Assembly (NCBI GenBank): GCA_964016885.1
Contig: OZ024751.1
Location: 15,004,001 to 15,068,000 of the forward strand
Direction of reading: 5' to 3'
DNA: 64,000 nucleotides
DNA from: Eledone cirrhosa
Lineage: Eukaryota
Shown: positions 36,066 to 48,188 of the stretch, piece by piece
How the letters are laid out: every line of letters starts with the position of its first letter
How positions within the stretch are numbered: the first letter of the stretch is position 1
Translations under genes and position numbers: made by a program
The notes under the pieces: model-generated
Seen by the model: only the letters and a program-made list of their open reading frames with translations
Database searches by the model: none
What the model was told of the DNA's origin: nothing

Positions 36066-36116
36066 TAAGTTTTCTATAGTTTTAATTCCTTTCCCTGGTC
36101 TTTCCTACCATTCTTT

Positions 36117-36305
36117 GGATTGGCAGTATCGATAGAGGGTCGGACGTCATGCTTTGCAGCATAGAGTTACGGCCCTTTATGACCTGAGTTCAAATCTCGC
36201 CGAATGTTAACTTTGCCTTTCATCCTTACGGGGGTCGATAAAATAAAGTACCAGTAATACACTAAGGTAATTGCTGGCCTTGTGCCAAAAGTAGAAACAA
36301 TTATT
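36117..36305 (+). mobile_element. SINE family A (further copies at 35640-35820 -, 41232-41385 +, 42870-43085 +)
   Basis: A/B boxes, central domain, tail. Confidence 0.88.
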
Positions 36306-36459
36306 TTCTGTTTTTAATACACTATATAGGTGGCAAATTTGCAGTCATTAGAACGTCGGTTAGAATGATTTACGATATTCGTTCTGGCCCTCTTCTGAGT
36401 TCAATTTTGCCTTTCATCCATTCGAGGTAGATAAAAAAAAAATGTACTAATCTACTACT

Positions 36460-36570
36460 TGCCGCAGGTGTGAACCCCGCGAGTTGGAGTGGCTTTTCCA
36501 GCGCGTCTCCCTTGCCGTCCTCCGTGGGAACGCCTTCTCCGCCGAGGCTGAGGGGGAGCCTCATCGCGTA
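36460..36570 (+). mobile_element. C-terminal scrap of a CRE-type LINE (restriction-like endonuclease)
   Basis: GC-rich; translates PRELEWLFQRVSLAVLRGNA. Confidence 0.6.
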
Positions 36571-37059
36571 ACATTCTATATTTAGGTATCCAGATTAATG
36601 GTTTTTATATACTAATTCCTATCATTAGTTGGAAGGTATCTATATGTAAGTCTATCTGTCCATCTGTAGTAGTAGTAGTAAATCTACTATTTCACCAGAA
36701 CATCTGCTATCAGTCATTTATGGACAGTACTGGGACCCATTCTGCCTCCGCATCTCTTTCTCACTCTCTCTATCTTTCTCTAGAAGAAATCTGCTGTGTT
36801 CAAACCTGGAGAGGAGATAGGCTCCGCCAGGCTTTAAAATATCCAAGAAACGTCGTATGCCACTGCAGCGCCCCTATGATTCCCTCGGGAGTTACGGGAC
36901 CATAACATAACATCCACTATCTGTATCGACGTCACGAATATTGTCTATAGTGACGTCATCGATATTTTTGGGAAAAATTTCAGATTTTGAAATCTTTATC
37001 TTTGAATAGTTGTAGATTCCATCGGAGGATTCATAATGTGTAAGTATATAAATATAGCT

Positions 37060-37114
<55 letters not shown>

Positions 37115-37117
<3 letters not shown>

Positions 37118-37335
37118 TAGTTATGTAATAAACAACATAAGATAATTATTTCATTTACCAGTGGTTTCTTGAAGGCAGAAATATTCATTCTGACGACCGA
37201 AGACAGACATAACATCTGCCTTCAAGAAACCACTGGTAAATGAAATAATTATCTTATGTTGTTTATTACATAACTAATAAGCTCTGTAGCCTACATAGAG
37301 CACTCTTTTTTCCTGTACCTTTCCGACGGAAATAC

Positions 37336-37339
<4 letters not shown>
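37115..37339 (+). mobile_element. Fold-back mini-element with a hammerhead at 37184-37244
   Basis: About 64-bp inverted arms 37115-37179 / 37215-37279; TTCATT-CTGACGA-CCGAAGACAGA..TCTGCCTTCAA-GAAA-CCACTGG-TA-AATGAA. Confidence 0.78.
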
Positions 37340-37380
<41 letters not shown>

Positions 37381-37382
<2 letters not shown>

Positions 37383-37547
37383 CGAAGGAAATGTGGTAAG
37401 GAACCAGGTGGACCATAACGCACCAAAGTACTCAATACTTGAGGTAGTAGAGTGGGTAATAGGAACCAGTAAGACCCCGACAGCTGAGCTCAAGCCGTTT
37501 CGACGGCTCGAAACGGCTTGAGCTCAGCTGTCGGGGTCTTACTGGTT

Positions 37548-37552
<5 letters not shown>
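37381..37552 (-). mobile_element. Fold-back mini-element with a perfect 45-bp hairpin and a hammerhead 3' half
   Basis: Arms 37459-37503 / 37508-37552; GAAA-CGGCTTGAGCTCAGCTG-TC-GGGG; family also at 23884, 48767 and 51697. Confidence 0.75.
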
Positions 37553-37605
<53 letters not shown>

Positions 37606-38057
37606 ACAGAGGGCGAATTCGCAGATTCTTTAGAAGGTGGGATAGAGTGCTTTGCGGTATTCGTTCCGACTTTCTACACTCTGAGTTCAAATCCTGCCAA
37701 GGTGAACTTTGTCTTTCATCCATTGAAGGCCGATATAAAAAATGTACCAGTCCAACTAATGGGGACCAATTCTTCCTCTAGATCTCTTTCCCACTTCCAA
37801 TCTCTCCCTCTCTAGAGGAAATCTGCTGTATACAGACCTGGAGAGGACTGGGTTCCGCCAAGTTCTAAAAATGCCCAAGAAATGCTACATGTCAATACTG
37901 CACCCCTATGACTCCTTCAGGGCTTACGAGACCATGGTTGTGTTCAGACCTAGAGAGAGGGATGGGTTTCGCTAGGTTTTAAATGCCCAAGTCACACCAT
38001 GTGTCACTACGATACTTCTACAACTCCGCCAGGTGTTATGAATAGATGGTTGGACGG

Positions 38058-38090
<33 letters not shown>

Positions 38091-38298
38091 CACGCACACA
38101 CACGCACACGCACACACACACACACACACACAATCTGTCTTTCTCACACCTAATGTACATACGCTCATACGTATTTCCAGTATCAGAACACATTAAATAT
38201 TGGATTTTAATGGCAAAGGCATTAGTCGCTTTGTTCCTCGTTCTATTTAAATGTATATTTTCTCTACACACACTCATGCATATATATATATATATATA

Positions 38299-39174
38299 CT
38301 AGCAGTAAAGCCCGGCGTTGCTCGGGGTCGCTCAGTAGCGGTGTTAAAGTTACAATGTTAAGTTTCTTTTTTGGCTTAAAAACTGTAGTGTCTACTGTGC
38401 AGACTTGCATGTGGTGTTTTTGATTAATATTCCCTCAACCAACAATATGCCTTATGAAGTTAAGAAAACATAACGATAACCCGAATGTTATAACAAAAGA
38501 GGATGCTGGGGATAAAAACTGTACTGGTTATTTATTAACAAAGATCGAAAATGTAAACACTGCAACGCAGATAAAAACATTAGCGTAACCAAATTATCAG
38601 TTATGTCTGTCTGCACGCCTATATCACCTCTCTGCACGACTGTCTGTCTGCACGCCTATATCACCTCTCTGCACGACTGTCTGTCTGCACGCCTATATCA
38701 CCTCTCTGCACGACTATCTGTCTGCACGACTGTCTGTCTGCACGCCTAACGACGAAATATTTGCTTGTTTTACGTAGTCTTTAAATAGACTTGTTTTCAA
38801 GTAAAAATATTGTTTTAAAATGCTTTTAAATGGAAATGAAGCAAAACGGAAGCTTAGTGTTCGAACTGATGAATTTTGCAGGTCAATATTTTGCTGGCTC
38901 GACAACTGTTAAAGCCAGCGTAATTTTTTACGTAAGACGCTCAATGTAAACAGAACAAAGGGAAATAACTGATAACTTACGCTCAAAAATCGATACATTA
39001 TATTCGATTTCGTCACATAGGGTGGGTCAATTTAAAATTTTTTTTTCCGATGTCTTCGCTAGGGCTCAATGTACAGGTATAGCAATTTCGGTGCAATTCC
39101 GTGAGAGATTCTAAGAGGAGATGTGTGCCAAAAATCGATAGACAGACAGACAACCACAGTTTTATATATATAGA
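38299..39174 (-). mobile_element. Complete non-autonomous Helitron (876 bp) with an internal 37-bp tandem repeat
   Basis: A|TCTATATATATAAAACTG ... hairpin CCCGAGCAACGCCGGG ... CTAG|T; repeat at 38605-38748. Confidence 0.85.
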
Positions 39175-39944
39175 TATATATATACAAATTTAAGCACAGC
39201 ATTAACGAAGCTTTTGGCTGCGGCCAAGCTAACGAATGCAGATTCGGAATGCAGCTTAGCACTCGATGGAGAATAATACCCCAGAGTTATAACAATGCGT
39301 TTAGACAGCTTTGCAAATCAAATATAGCGACCGACAGTCTAGCCGCATTGTCATAACAACGAAAAAACTGAACTCAGGAAAAGATTTTGACTGACCTGGA
39401 CCATCACGTGGACATCGAATGCAACACATAACGCATAACGTATAGCATACAATATACATCACATATAACATACAACATCCACACTAGGTTTCTGTAAATC
39501 CGAGATCGACTAATTCCGCTTGCAGGAGTCTGCAAGTTAACGACAGAACAAAGGATTTACTTCGTCAACAAGTCTTGCGTTCTATAGCCTCGACGGGTGT
39601 GTTTTCTAGCAGTAATTTTTGCTATAGACACGTGGTTTTCCCAAAGGGAGGTAACACCCGTTTTGGCGGTCAATTCGAAATTTGGGACAAAGGAATGAAA
39701 TTCCCTTAGACAAACCGAATTAAGCACTCAACCAGAAGTTATCAAACAAGCATAAACAATTAATCAATCAATAGAATTGTCTAATTAAATTAATCAGTTA
39801 ATCGTTAATTCTAGTCGGTATACAAGGATGCAATTCACTTGCAGCACTCAACGCCATATTACTTCCTAAGAACAGGGGTCACGGAGTATATTAATAAAGA
39901 TAAAAATGCGAAGTTGAACATGTTAGAGTCCTTTATTAATTGAG

Positions 39945-39993
39945 CCCTTATACATATTTCAATGACGGTAAACATCGCCATCTCTTCAGACAG
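39945..39993 (-). ncRNA. Hammerhead motif with weak stem I
   Basis: CTGT-CTGAAGA-GATGGCG..CGTCATT-GAAA-TATGTA-TA-AGGG, then AATAAA. Confidence 0.6.
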
Positions 39994-40082
39994 TAATATA
40001 TATATAATTGGTGTTGGATGCTTAAAGCGTCCGAATGCGGTAGGCCGTATGAGCACTCAATGCCCTCGTAGAGCAGAGTATG

Positions 40083-40398
40083 ATATCACAGAAACAAGAG
40101 AATCAGTGTTGCGACGAAAGGAACTTATTGGACATATTACAATTGTTTCTCGGGCGACCAGCTCGAGGCACGATCGATGTGGTGATCAAACTTGACCTCT
40201 GAAATCGCGCGGTCCTCGGATACGTCTCGATTCTACGAAGCAGATTTGCTTCGTAGAATCGAGACGTATCCGAGGACCGCGCGATTTCAGAGTCAGGTTT
40301 GATCACCACATCGATCATGCCTCGAGCTGGTCGCCCGAGAAACAATTGTAATATGTCCAATAAGTTCCTTTCGTCGCAACACTGATTCTCTTGTTTCT

Positions 40399-40405
<7 letters not shown>
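40083..40405. mobile_element. Near-perfect 323-bp palindrome with a hammerhead in each arm (40131-40226 -, 40263-40357 +)
   Basis: 160-bp arms, 4-nt loop, 3 differences; GACGTAT-CCGAGGA-CCGCGCGA...TCGCCCGA-GAAA-CAATTG-TA-ATATGTC. Confidence 0.85.
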
Positions 40406-40452
<47 letters not shown>

Positions 40453-40769
40453 GAGAGAGAGAGAGAGAGATTTAACTGTGTATGTTTATGTATGCGTGTC
40501 TATGTGTATATGTGTGTGTGTGTGAAGGTGCGTGGCTGAGTGGTTAGATAATTGGGTTCGCAATTGTGAGGTTGTGAGCTCGATTCCCGGACCAGGCGAT
40601 GTGTTATGTCCTTCAGCAAGAGATTTTATTTTACGTTGATCCTTCTACCTGGATTTGAGACCGGTATATAGTATTAGCAATTGGAAAGAACGAAGGAAAC
40701 ATTGTTTCCTCGGTTCGATTTAACGAGCTCCACCCTAATCGTTAAGCGAATGAGATCTGGGATATATGC

Positions 40770-40822
<53 letters not shown>

Positions 40823-40831
40823 TATATATAC

Positions 40832-40868
<37 letters not shown>

Positions 40869-40881
40869 TGCATATATATAC

Positions 40882-40917
<36 letters not shown>

Positions 40918-40919
40918 GC

Positions 40920-40965
<46 letters not shown>

Positions 40966-40967
40966 GC

Positions 40968-41038
<71 letters not shown>

Positions 41039-41484
41039 TAGATATATGCTACATTATGTAACATTCTCTCCTTATCTTAATTTATATTCCTTTGAAGTTC
41101 CGATGAGCCGCTCTGTTTTTAAATATGTTAATTATTTTCAACTGAACCAGATCAATAATGATATATAGTCATTTGATCCAGAAATATTATATGGAGTAGC
41201 GAAACAATTGTAAATGGACATTATTATTATTAATAGTTACGTCCCTTTATGATCTGAGTTCAAATCCCGCCGAGGTTGACTTTACCTTTCATCCTTACGG
41301 GGTCGATAAAATAAAGTACCAGTAATGCACTGGGTAATTGCTGGCCTTGTGCCTAAAGTAGAAACAATTATTATCAATATTATTATTATTATTCTCTACA
41401 TTCCTTACAACAAACTAAAATATGTTGACAATCTTTTAATAATGTCTTCCTTGTGAAATTTGTGGTCTTGTTTTGCTTAACTAA

Positions 41485-41530
<46 letters not shown>

Positions 41531-41535
41531 TGGAA

Positions 41536-41782
41536 GGCGCATGGCTTAGTGGTTAGAGCATTGGGCTTGCAATCGGAAGGTTGTGAGTTCAATTCTCGGA
41601 CCGGTTGATGTGTTGTTTCCTTGAGCAAGACACTTTATTTCACGTTGCTCCAGTTTGCTCAGTTGTAGAAATGAGATGAAGAGGTACCGGCCTGTCCACC
41701 CACCCAGTGTGATGGCGTTATCTTATGGCTAAAACAGCACGACGTGCTGTGACCAGCGGCTCCGAATGGTAGGTCAAGGTGA
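41536..41782 (+). mobile_element. Full-length SINE family B
   Basis: GGCGCATGGCTTAGTGGTTAGAGC head, B-box, CORE-like domain; tail shared with 16756-16947. Confidence 0.85.
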
Positions 41783-41799
41783 TATATATATATATATAT

Positions 41800-41849
<50 letters not shown>

Positions 41850-42027
41850 GCATATATACATATACATATATATGCATATATATATATATGCGTATATATA
41901 TATGCGTATATATATATATATATAATAAATATAAGATATCGCCGTATTTTGACTAAAGAAATTAAAGAAATTATTTAGCCTGAAAGTGGGGTTAAGAACC
42001 CTCGGAGAAATGGAAAAAGATGAGTAT

Positions 42028-42098
42028 TGACGTACATGGGAGTCGAACCCACAGCTTTGGTTATCCAGACCACTGTGCTACCATTACACCAACACATC
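42028..42098 (-). tRNA. tRNA-like cloverleaf (anticodon position GGA, atypical) inside an inverted duplication at 41932-42300
   Basis: GATGTGT-TG-GTGT(AATGGTA)GCAC-A-GTGGT(CTGGATA)ACCAA-AGCT-GTGGG(TTCGACT)CCCAT-GTACGTC-A, with TTTTT 9 nt downstream; probably pseudo-tRNA or element-borne. Confidence 0.55.
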
Positions 42099-42345
42099 AC
42101 CCATCTTCTTCCATTCAAATTAGAAGCTATAATCTTAGCAACTGTAATGTCAAGTAAGAATATATTCGAAACCAAAGATGTGGGTTCGACTCCCATGTAC
42201 GTCAATACTCATCTTTTTCCAATTCTCCAAGGGTTCTTAACCCCACTTTCAGGCTAAATAATTTCTTTAATTTCTTTAGTCAAAATACAGCGATAGCTTA
42301 CATTTATAATTTCAAACTCGCTCGCTGTTTTGAAAATATTCTTAC

Positions 42346-42376
<31 letters not shown>

Positions 42377-42412
42377 TTATACATATACACACACACACAT
42401 ACATATATGTAT

Positions 42413-42443
<31 letters not shown>

Positions 42444-42474
42444 TACACACACACACGTACACACGTACACACGT

Positions 42475-42523
<49 letters not shown>

Positions 42524-43074
42524 ATGGATTGTAGTATCACAATGGTGTGAAATGCAAACAATTGAAAGAAAGTACTCAATACTGTGAGATAGGGTGCAAT
42601 AATATTTATTGGCAGCTGTGATTCCCCCATACAGCTTTATATATCTTTCTCTTAATTATTTTCAACAGCTCTATATTCCTAGACAGTGACACATCAGAAG
42701 GGAGGGTCGGTTCTATACATACAATGTCTTATCTAGACTCATGAAAGGCTTCTAACTCATCCCCACCCTCGACCCAACTACTGCAGCAGATTGTACTTCC
42801 TAGAAATAGATATTGCTCGAAGGGTCATATGATCAATTGGTTGACTTCTAATACGATAAATGGCAGATAAATGGTGGATTTGGCAGTATCGGTTGAGCAT
42901 CGAACAAAATGCTTTGCGGTATTTAGTTACCATTTCCTACGTTCTCAGTTCAAATCCCGCCGAGTTCATCTTTGCCCTTCATTCTTCTGGTGTCTATAAA
43001 ATCGATTACCAGTGAAGTACTGGGGTCAATATAATTAACATTTTCCCCTCCCCCAAATTACTGGCTATGTGTTA

Positions 43075-44052
43075 ATGTCAGGAAGTATATATTAATGTGA
43101 TGTGACATATTTACAGATGTCAGTATATATTAATGTGATGTGACATATTTACAGATGTCAGTATATATTAATGTGATGTGACATATTGACAGATGTCAGA
43201 AAGTATATATCAATGTGATGTGACATATTTACAGATGTTAGAAGATATTAATGTGATGTGACATATTGACAGATGTCAGTAAATATTAATCTGATGTGAC
43301 ATATTTACAGATGTCAGTATATATTAATCTGATGTGACATATTTACAGATGTCAGTAAATATTAATGTGATGTGACATATTGACAGATGTCAATATATAT
43401 TAATGTGATGTGACATATCTACAGATGTCAGTATATATTAATGTGATGTGACATATTGACAGATGTTAGAAGATATTAATGTGATGTGACATATTGACAG
43501 ATGTCAGTAAATATTAATGTGATGTGACATATTTACAGATGTTAGAAAGTATATATTAATGTGATGTGACATATTGACAGATGTCAGGAAGTATATATTA
43601 ATGTGATGTGACATATTGACAGATGTCAGTATATATCAATGTGATGTGACATATTGACAGATGTTAGAAAGTATATATTAATGTGATGTGACATATTTAC
43701 AAATGTCAGGAAGTATATATTAATGTGATGTGACATATTTACAGATGTCAGTAAATATTAATGTGATGTGACATATTGACAGATGTCAGTATATATCAAT
43801 GTGATGTGACATATTGACAGATGTTAGAAAGTATATATTAATGTGATGTGACATATTTACAAATGTCAGGAAGTATATATTAATGTGATGTGACATATTT
43901 ACAGATGTCAGTATATATTAATGTGATGTGACATATTGACAGATGTCAGTAAATATTAATGTGATGTGACATATTGACAGATGTCAATATATATTAATGT
44001 GATGTGACATATTGACAGATGTCGGAATATATTAATGTGATGTGACATATTT
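43075..44052. repeat. 38-42-bp minisatellite, about 25 copies
   Basis: Unit GTATATATTAATGTGATGTGACATATTTACAGATGTCA; head-to-tail with no spacers. Confidence 0.95.
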
Positions 44053-44439
44053 AAGAGCTGTTTGCGTCAATGATACGTTCTTTTCCTCCGTTGATCGAAA
44101 CGTCGGCAACCCGTCTGAGGAAGGAGCCCCGCGAGGTTGGGTGGCTGTTGCGGTGGGTGTCACTGGCCATTATCCGCGGAGCGCAGCCCTTCTGCTCCCA
44201 TGTCCTAGGTCCAAAGCCCAATCACCCTCCCCTTCATCCCTCCCCTCTCTTCTGTGACACTAGAGTTCTTGCCATTCCCTCCCTTCCCATTTTTTCTTTC
44301 TTTTTCCCTTTTTCTGTATATTTTCCTATTCTTTTTTCTTTTGTTTCCTTTTCTGTATTATCATCATCATCATCATTATTACTGTAAATAAATTAACATT
44401 AACTAACTACAGTTTGTTCAGCTATCGTTGTTTCCGAAT

Positions 44440-44905
44440 TAATAATGATTTTTACTATAGGCACAAGGCCAGAAATTTTTTGTGGGGGTTGATGGGTGAA
44501 GTCGATTAAATCGATTCCCCAGTGCATTACTGGTGTTTTATTTTATCGACCTCGTAAGGATGAAAGGCAAAGCTAACCTTGGCGGGATTTGAGCCCAGAA
44601 CGTAAAGGACCATAACTCTATGCTGCAAAGCATGGTGTCTGACGCTCTACCTTTACTGCCAATCCACCGCCCTTTTAATAATGATTTCAAGTATAGGCAC
44701 AAGGCCAGTAATTTGGGGGGGGGGGGGGAGGGGGGAAAGTCGATTAAATCGACCCCAGGACGTTACTGGTGCTTTATTTTATCGACCCCTTAAGGATGAA
44801 AGGCAAAGTTAACCTCGGCGGGATTTGAACTCAGAACGTAAAGGGCCATAACTCTATGCTGAAAAACAGTGTCCGACTCTCTACCGATACTGCCAATCCA
44901 CCTCC
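44440..44905 (-). mobile_element. Two tandem SINE family A copies (three more at 45385-46051)
   Basis: Reverse complement of the consensus; long variant with a G-rich insert. Confidence 0.85.
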
Positions 44906-44961
44906 CTTTTCAAAGATTATTTGGTTTTTCTTTGTTATTTTCTTTCTCTATTGTATTGTAG

Positions 44962-45360
44962 CAATTGTTGAAACGTATAACATCAAAGGCGTTACTATTC
45001 GTTTCATACACGGTGATATAATGGCGGCTAAGGGCGATGCCCTTGCGCTGCCAGTAAATAAATATATTATGGATCTAGAAGGCCTTTCTTTAGATATGGT
45101 CCGTCTTGGAGGAGAAGAAGTAATGAAAATGCTTAAACACTATGAACACCGAAGGTTAGATGTTAACACACTTATAACTACGTATGCTGGCAGATTACCA
45201 TATAAAGCCATCTTCTACATAGTACTGCCCATCTACAAAGAAAACCATGGTAACGACGAAACTGATGCATTGCTAAATCTTTCAAAAAGCAACCGAGTAA
45301 TGTTTTATTATGCTGAAAGTAATTTCTGTAATACAATCGTTTCACCAGTTTTAGGTTTAG
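44962..45360 (+). CDS. Macrodomain gene, first visible coding exon (phase 1-1)
   Basis: TTGTAG| ... G|GTAAGT; IRFIHGDI..KGDALALPVN..GLSL..GG..T.AGRLPYKAIFYIVLP..TIVSPVLGLG matches the macro (A1pp) pattern. Confidence 0.82.
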
Positions 45361-46379
45361 GTAAGTTTCTTAATACTGTTATATTGATAGCTAATTTTGG
45401 GGTAAGGCCAGCAAATTTGAGGGAAGAGGAAGCTTCATTAAATCAACGCCGGTACTTGGCTGCTACTTTATTTTATCGACCACGGAAGAATGAAAGGCAA
45501 AGTTGACCTCGGAGTTATTTGAAATCAGAAAGTAAAAAGCCATCACTAAATGCCGCAAAACAATTTGTCTGACGCTCTAGCGATTCTGCCAATTCACCAC
45601 CTTAAACTATTGGAGTGTCGAATTCTTTCTAATAGTGGCACAAAGCCAGTAATTTGAGGCAGAAGGGGGGAGGGGTACATTGACCCTAGTACTTGACTGC
45701 TAAGTTATTTTATTGACCCCCAGAAGGATAAAAGACAAAGTTGACTTTGGTGGGATTTGAACAGAGAACGTAAAGGATCATATACTAAATACTACAAAAC
45801 ATTTCATCCGAAACTCTACCAATTCTGACAATCTATCGTTCCTGATTATTTGTAATAAATAATTGTTTCTACTTTTGGCACAAGGCCAGCAATTATCCCA
45901 GTGTATTACTGGTACTTTATTTTATCGACCCCGTAAGGATGAAAGGCAAAGTTAACCTCGGTAGGATTTGAACTCAGACCATGAAGGGCCATAACTCTTT
46001 GCTGCAAAGTATGGCGACAGATCCTCTACCGATACTGCCAATCCACCGCCCTGTAATAAATAATGTAATCTATCTCATTCAAGGTTTTCATAGCTTGAAC
46101 TTCTCTAGGCCCATTTTTGTTATTTTCTTTTGGAAGAGGGTATTTCCTATCCTGAAATGACTCGCAAACTAAAAGCTGAAGGTTATATTTACAGCATTGG
46201 ATAGATCCGGTTTTCGCTTTCTCCTAATTTTACACTGCTAATATATCTGGGAAAGGCATAAAAATATATCAATTAGTTCGGATATTGTGATCAGATTGGT
46301 ATATGATGAGTATTATTGACTGAAATAGAGAAGTACACAGAAACATGTTGTGAGCCTCCTACCTTTCCCAGATATATTA

Positions 46380-46667
46380 TGGCTGCAACTCGACTTCAGA
46401 GTGACCTTCTCCTAGAGAGATGTCTTAATGAAGACTAGGAGTCTCTCGCTCCATAAAAAAAAAACTTTATTGGATGGCCGTTGACTCTTGACGGGTTTTG
46501 TTGTTCTTCGCCCTTTGACGGGTTTTGTTGTTCATCCCGCAGGATGTCCAAAATCACCCTCCTCACCAAGCAAACTTGGTGGGGGTGAGGTTGCCGGTTT
46601 AGTCACCGACAACCCAACCATGTACAGGGTTACATGTTATCAGTAGTGCTAAAGAGCGACCTGGCAC

Positions 46668-46668
<1 letters not shown>
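46380..46668 (-). mobile_element. Probable RTE-type LINE 5' UTR fragment
   Basis: CTAGGAGAAGG.CACTCTGAA motif and CCTCACCAAG-CAAA-CTTGGTGGGG hairpin; recognised from memory only. Confidence 0.4.
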
Positions 46669-46744
<76 letters not shown>

Positions 46745-46749
46745 ACACA

Positions 46750-46871
46750 CACGGTGGTGCAAAAGTCGCGCATCAGTAAAATAACACTTTACCATAATAA
46801 TTATCGTCTCCTCTATATAAACGGGTTTTTTTTTCGTGATTGGGGTGGTGCATGACTCTTGCACCACCCTG
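46750..46871. mobile_element. Tc1-like MITE
   Basis: CACGGTGGTGCAAAAGTC ... GACTCTTGCACCACCCTG|TA. Confidence 0.75.
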
Positions 46872-46875
46872 TATA

Positions 46876-47054
46876 CACTGCCGGGTTTAGGACAAATGAG
46901 GTCCTATGCTAGTTAAGTTATGAGACCCCTTACTTGGGCCCTGAAGGAGGTAATTCATCGTAGAAAATGTTTCTGGCAGGAAGAAGTCCCCCTCTCCTGG
47001 TCAACGGGGCCCTGTTTCTAAACACACCTAAGCACAATGGTAAATCCGGTACTG
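46876..47054. mobile_element. hAT-like MITE
   Basis: CACTGCCGGGTTTA ... TAAATCCGGTACTG with GGGCCC subterminal motifs. Confidence 0.6.
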
Positions 47055-47096
47055 ACTATATATATATATTTACATTTACATTTTTTTTTTCAATAG

Positions 47097-47621
47097 GTAA
47101 GGGATACTCTCTTTCCTTGTGTACTGAAGCTGTACTGCATGGTTTACTCGCCTTTTTCGATCAACGCCCTGATCAGTCAATGGTAGTGTACCACCATATT
47201 TACTCAACTAATAGGGAAATACTAGATATCATGGACCACAATTTTTATGTAATGATAAATCCAGATGCTCCTCGACCGATTCCTAAGGAGCGATTCCACC
47301 TCGAAAGGAACAAGCGTTTATCTCCCGCAAGCAGTGCTGTTGTAATTGTTGCCTCAAGATACGCGTTTAACGATATCCGAGAACGTCTCAACAGCACAAT
47401 CAGAACTGACGAATATCGTGTTATATTTCAATCTGACCACAGTATATATATGACCGATGTCCAACAAATGAATGGACGATCGGCGAAAGATGTTGTATAT
47501 GTTGCTGCACCTAAACGCAAAGAAGCTGCAGATTATAAAATGTTCCAGAAAGTTCTCACCAAACAGTTGAAACATGTTTTTCAACGAACAAGGAACGATG
47601 TTTCAGTTGTTCTTGACTTCG
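47097..47621 (+). CDS. Macrodomain gene, next exon (phase 1-1)
   Basis: TTTTCAATAG| ... G|GTTAGT; splices in frame to give VLGLG-KGYS, completing the macro fold; open throughout. Confidence 0.78.
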
Positions 47622-47888
47622 GTTAGTGTATTCTATTTCTATACTTCTTACATGTTTATTATAAATAAAACTGTGTATATATATAAGTATGTACACGTAC
47701 ATACATATATGTATACAGACGTACAGTAGTATGTATATATATATACACACATGCACACATATATATATGTACGTATGGATTCACCGAACATTTATTATAA
47801 TGCTCGGTGTGTTTGTAAACAAACATCCCGTATTAAGCCGTAGTGTCTAGCAACCATCGTTGCTCGTTTGTTCAACACTGACAAAGGG

Positions 47889-47931
47889 ACGCTGTACTAG
47901 TTTCAAGCTTATTAGCTATCGTCAGCAACGT
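47889..47931 (-). ncRNA. Minimal type I hammerhead (inverted copy)
   Basis: Exact reverse complement of 48146-48188. Confidence 0.82.
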
Positions 47932-48145
47932 ATACCTTCCTGCCAGATTGTTGAACGTATATACTTACCTTATGCATATTAACGGCTGAGTAGCCCAATT
48001 TGCATATCGAGTGGGTTAATCGGCCGGGTGCATCGAAAACGATAAACGGAAAAAATGAAATGAAATTTCATTTCCCACTCTTAGTACTCAGCCGTTAATA
48101 TGCATAAGGTAAGTATATACGTTCAACAATCTGGCAGGAAGGTAT

Positions 48146-48188
48146 ACGTTGCTGACGATAGCTAATAAGCTTGAAACTAGTACAGCGT
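48146..48188 (+). ncRNA. Minimal type I hammerhead
   Basis: ACGTTG-CTGACGA-TAGCT(AATA)AGCTT-GAAA-CTAG-TA-CAGCGT; palindromic ACTAGT stem III. Confidence 0.85.

Noticed and set aside
36586-36645. Possible phase-1 upstream exon for the macrodomain gene
   Set aside because: Weak acceptor, no homology evidence, adjoins a LINE remnant
41536-41610. tRNA gene call for the SINE B head
   Set aside because: No acceptor stem pairing; continues into a multi-copy SINE body
42650-42702. Minus-strand CTT-CTGATGT...GAAA..TT-AAG before AATAAA and (TA)n
   Set aside because: Core A9 is mutated and stem II is poor; context fits a pLTR relic but the evidence is too weak
43075-44052. CRISPR-like regular array with a palindromic unit
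   Set aside because: No unique spacers, no cas genes, eukaryotic context
44856-44961. ATG and hydrophobic signal-like N-terminus on the macrodomain ORF (likewise 46967-47096)
   Set aside because: The ATG lies in a SINE or MITE, and the hydrophobic run is the translated polypyrimidine tract before the splice acceptor
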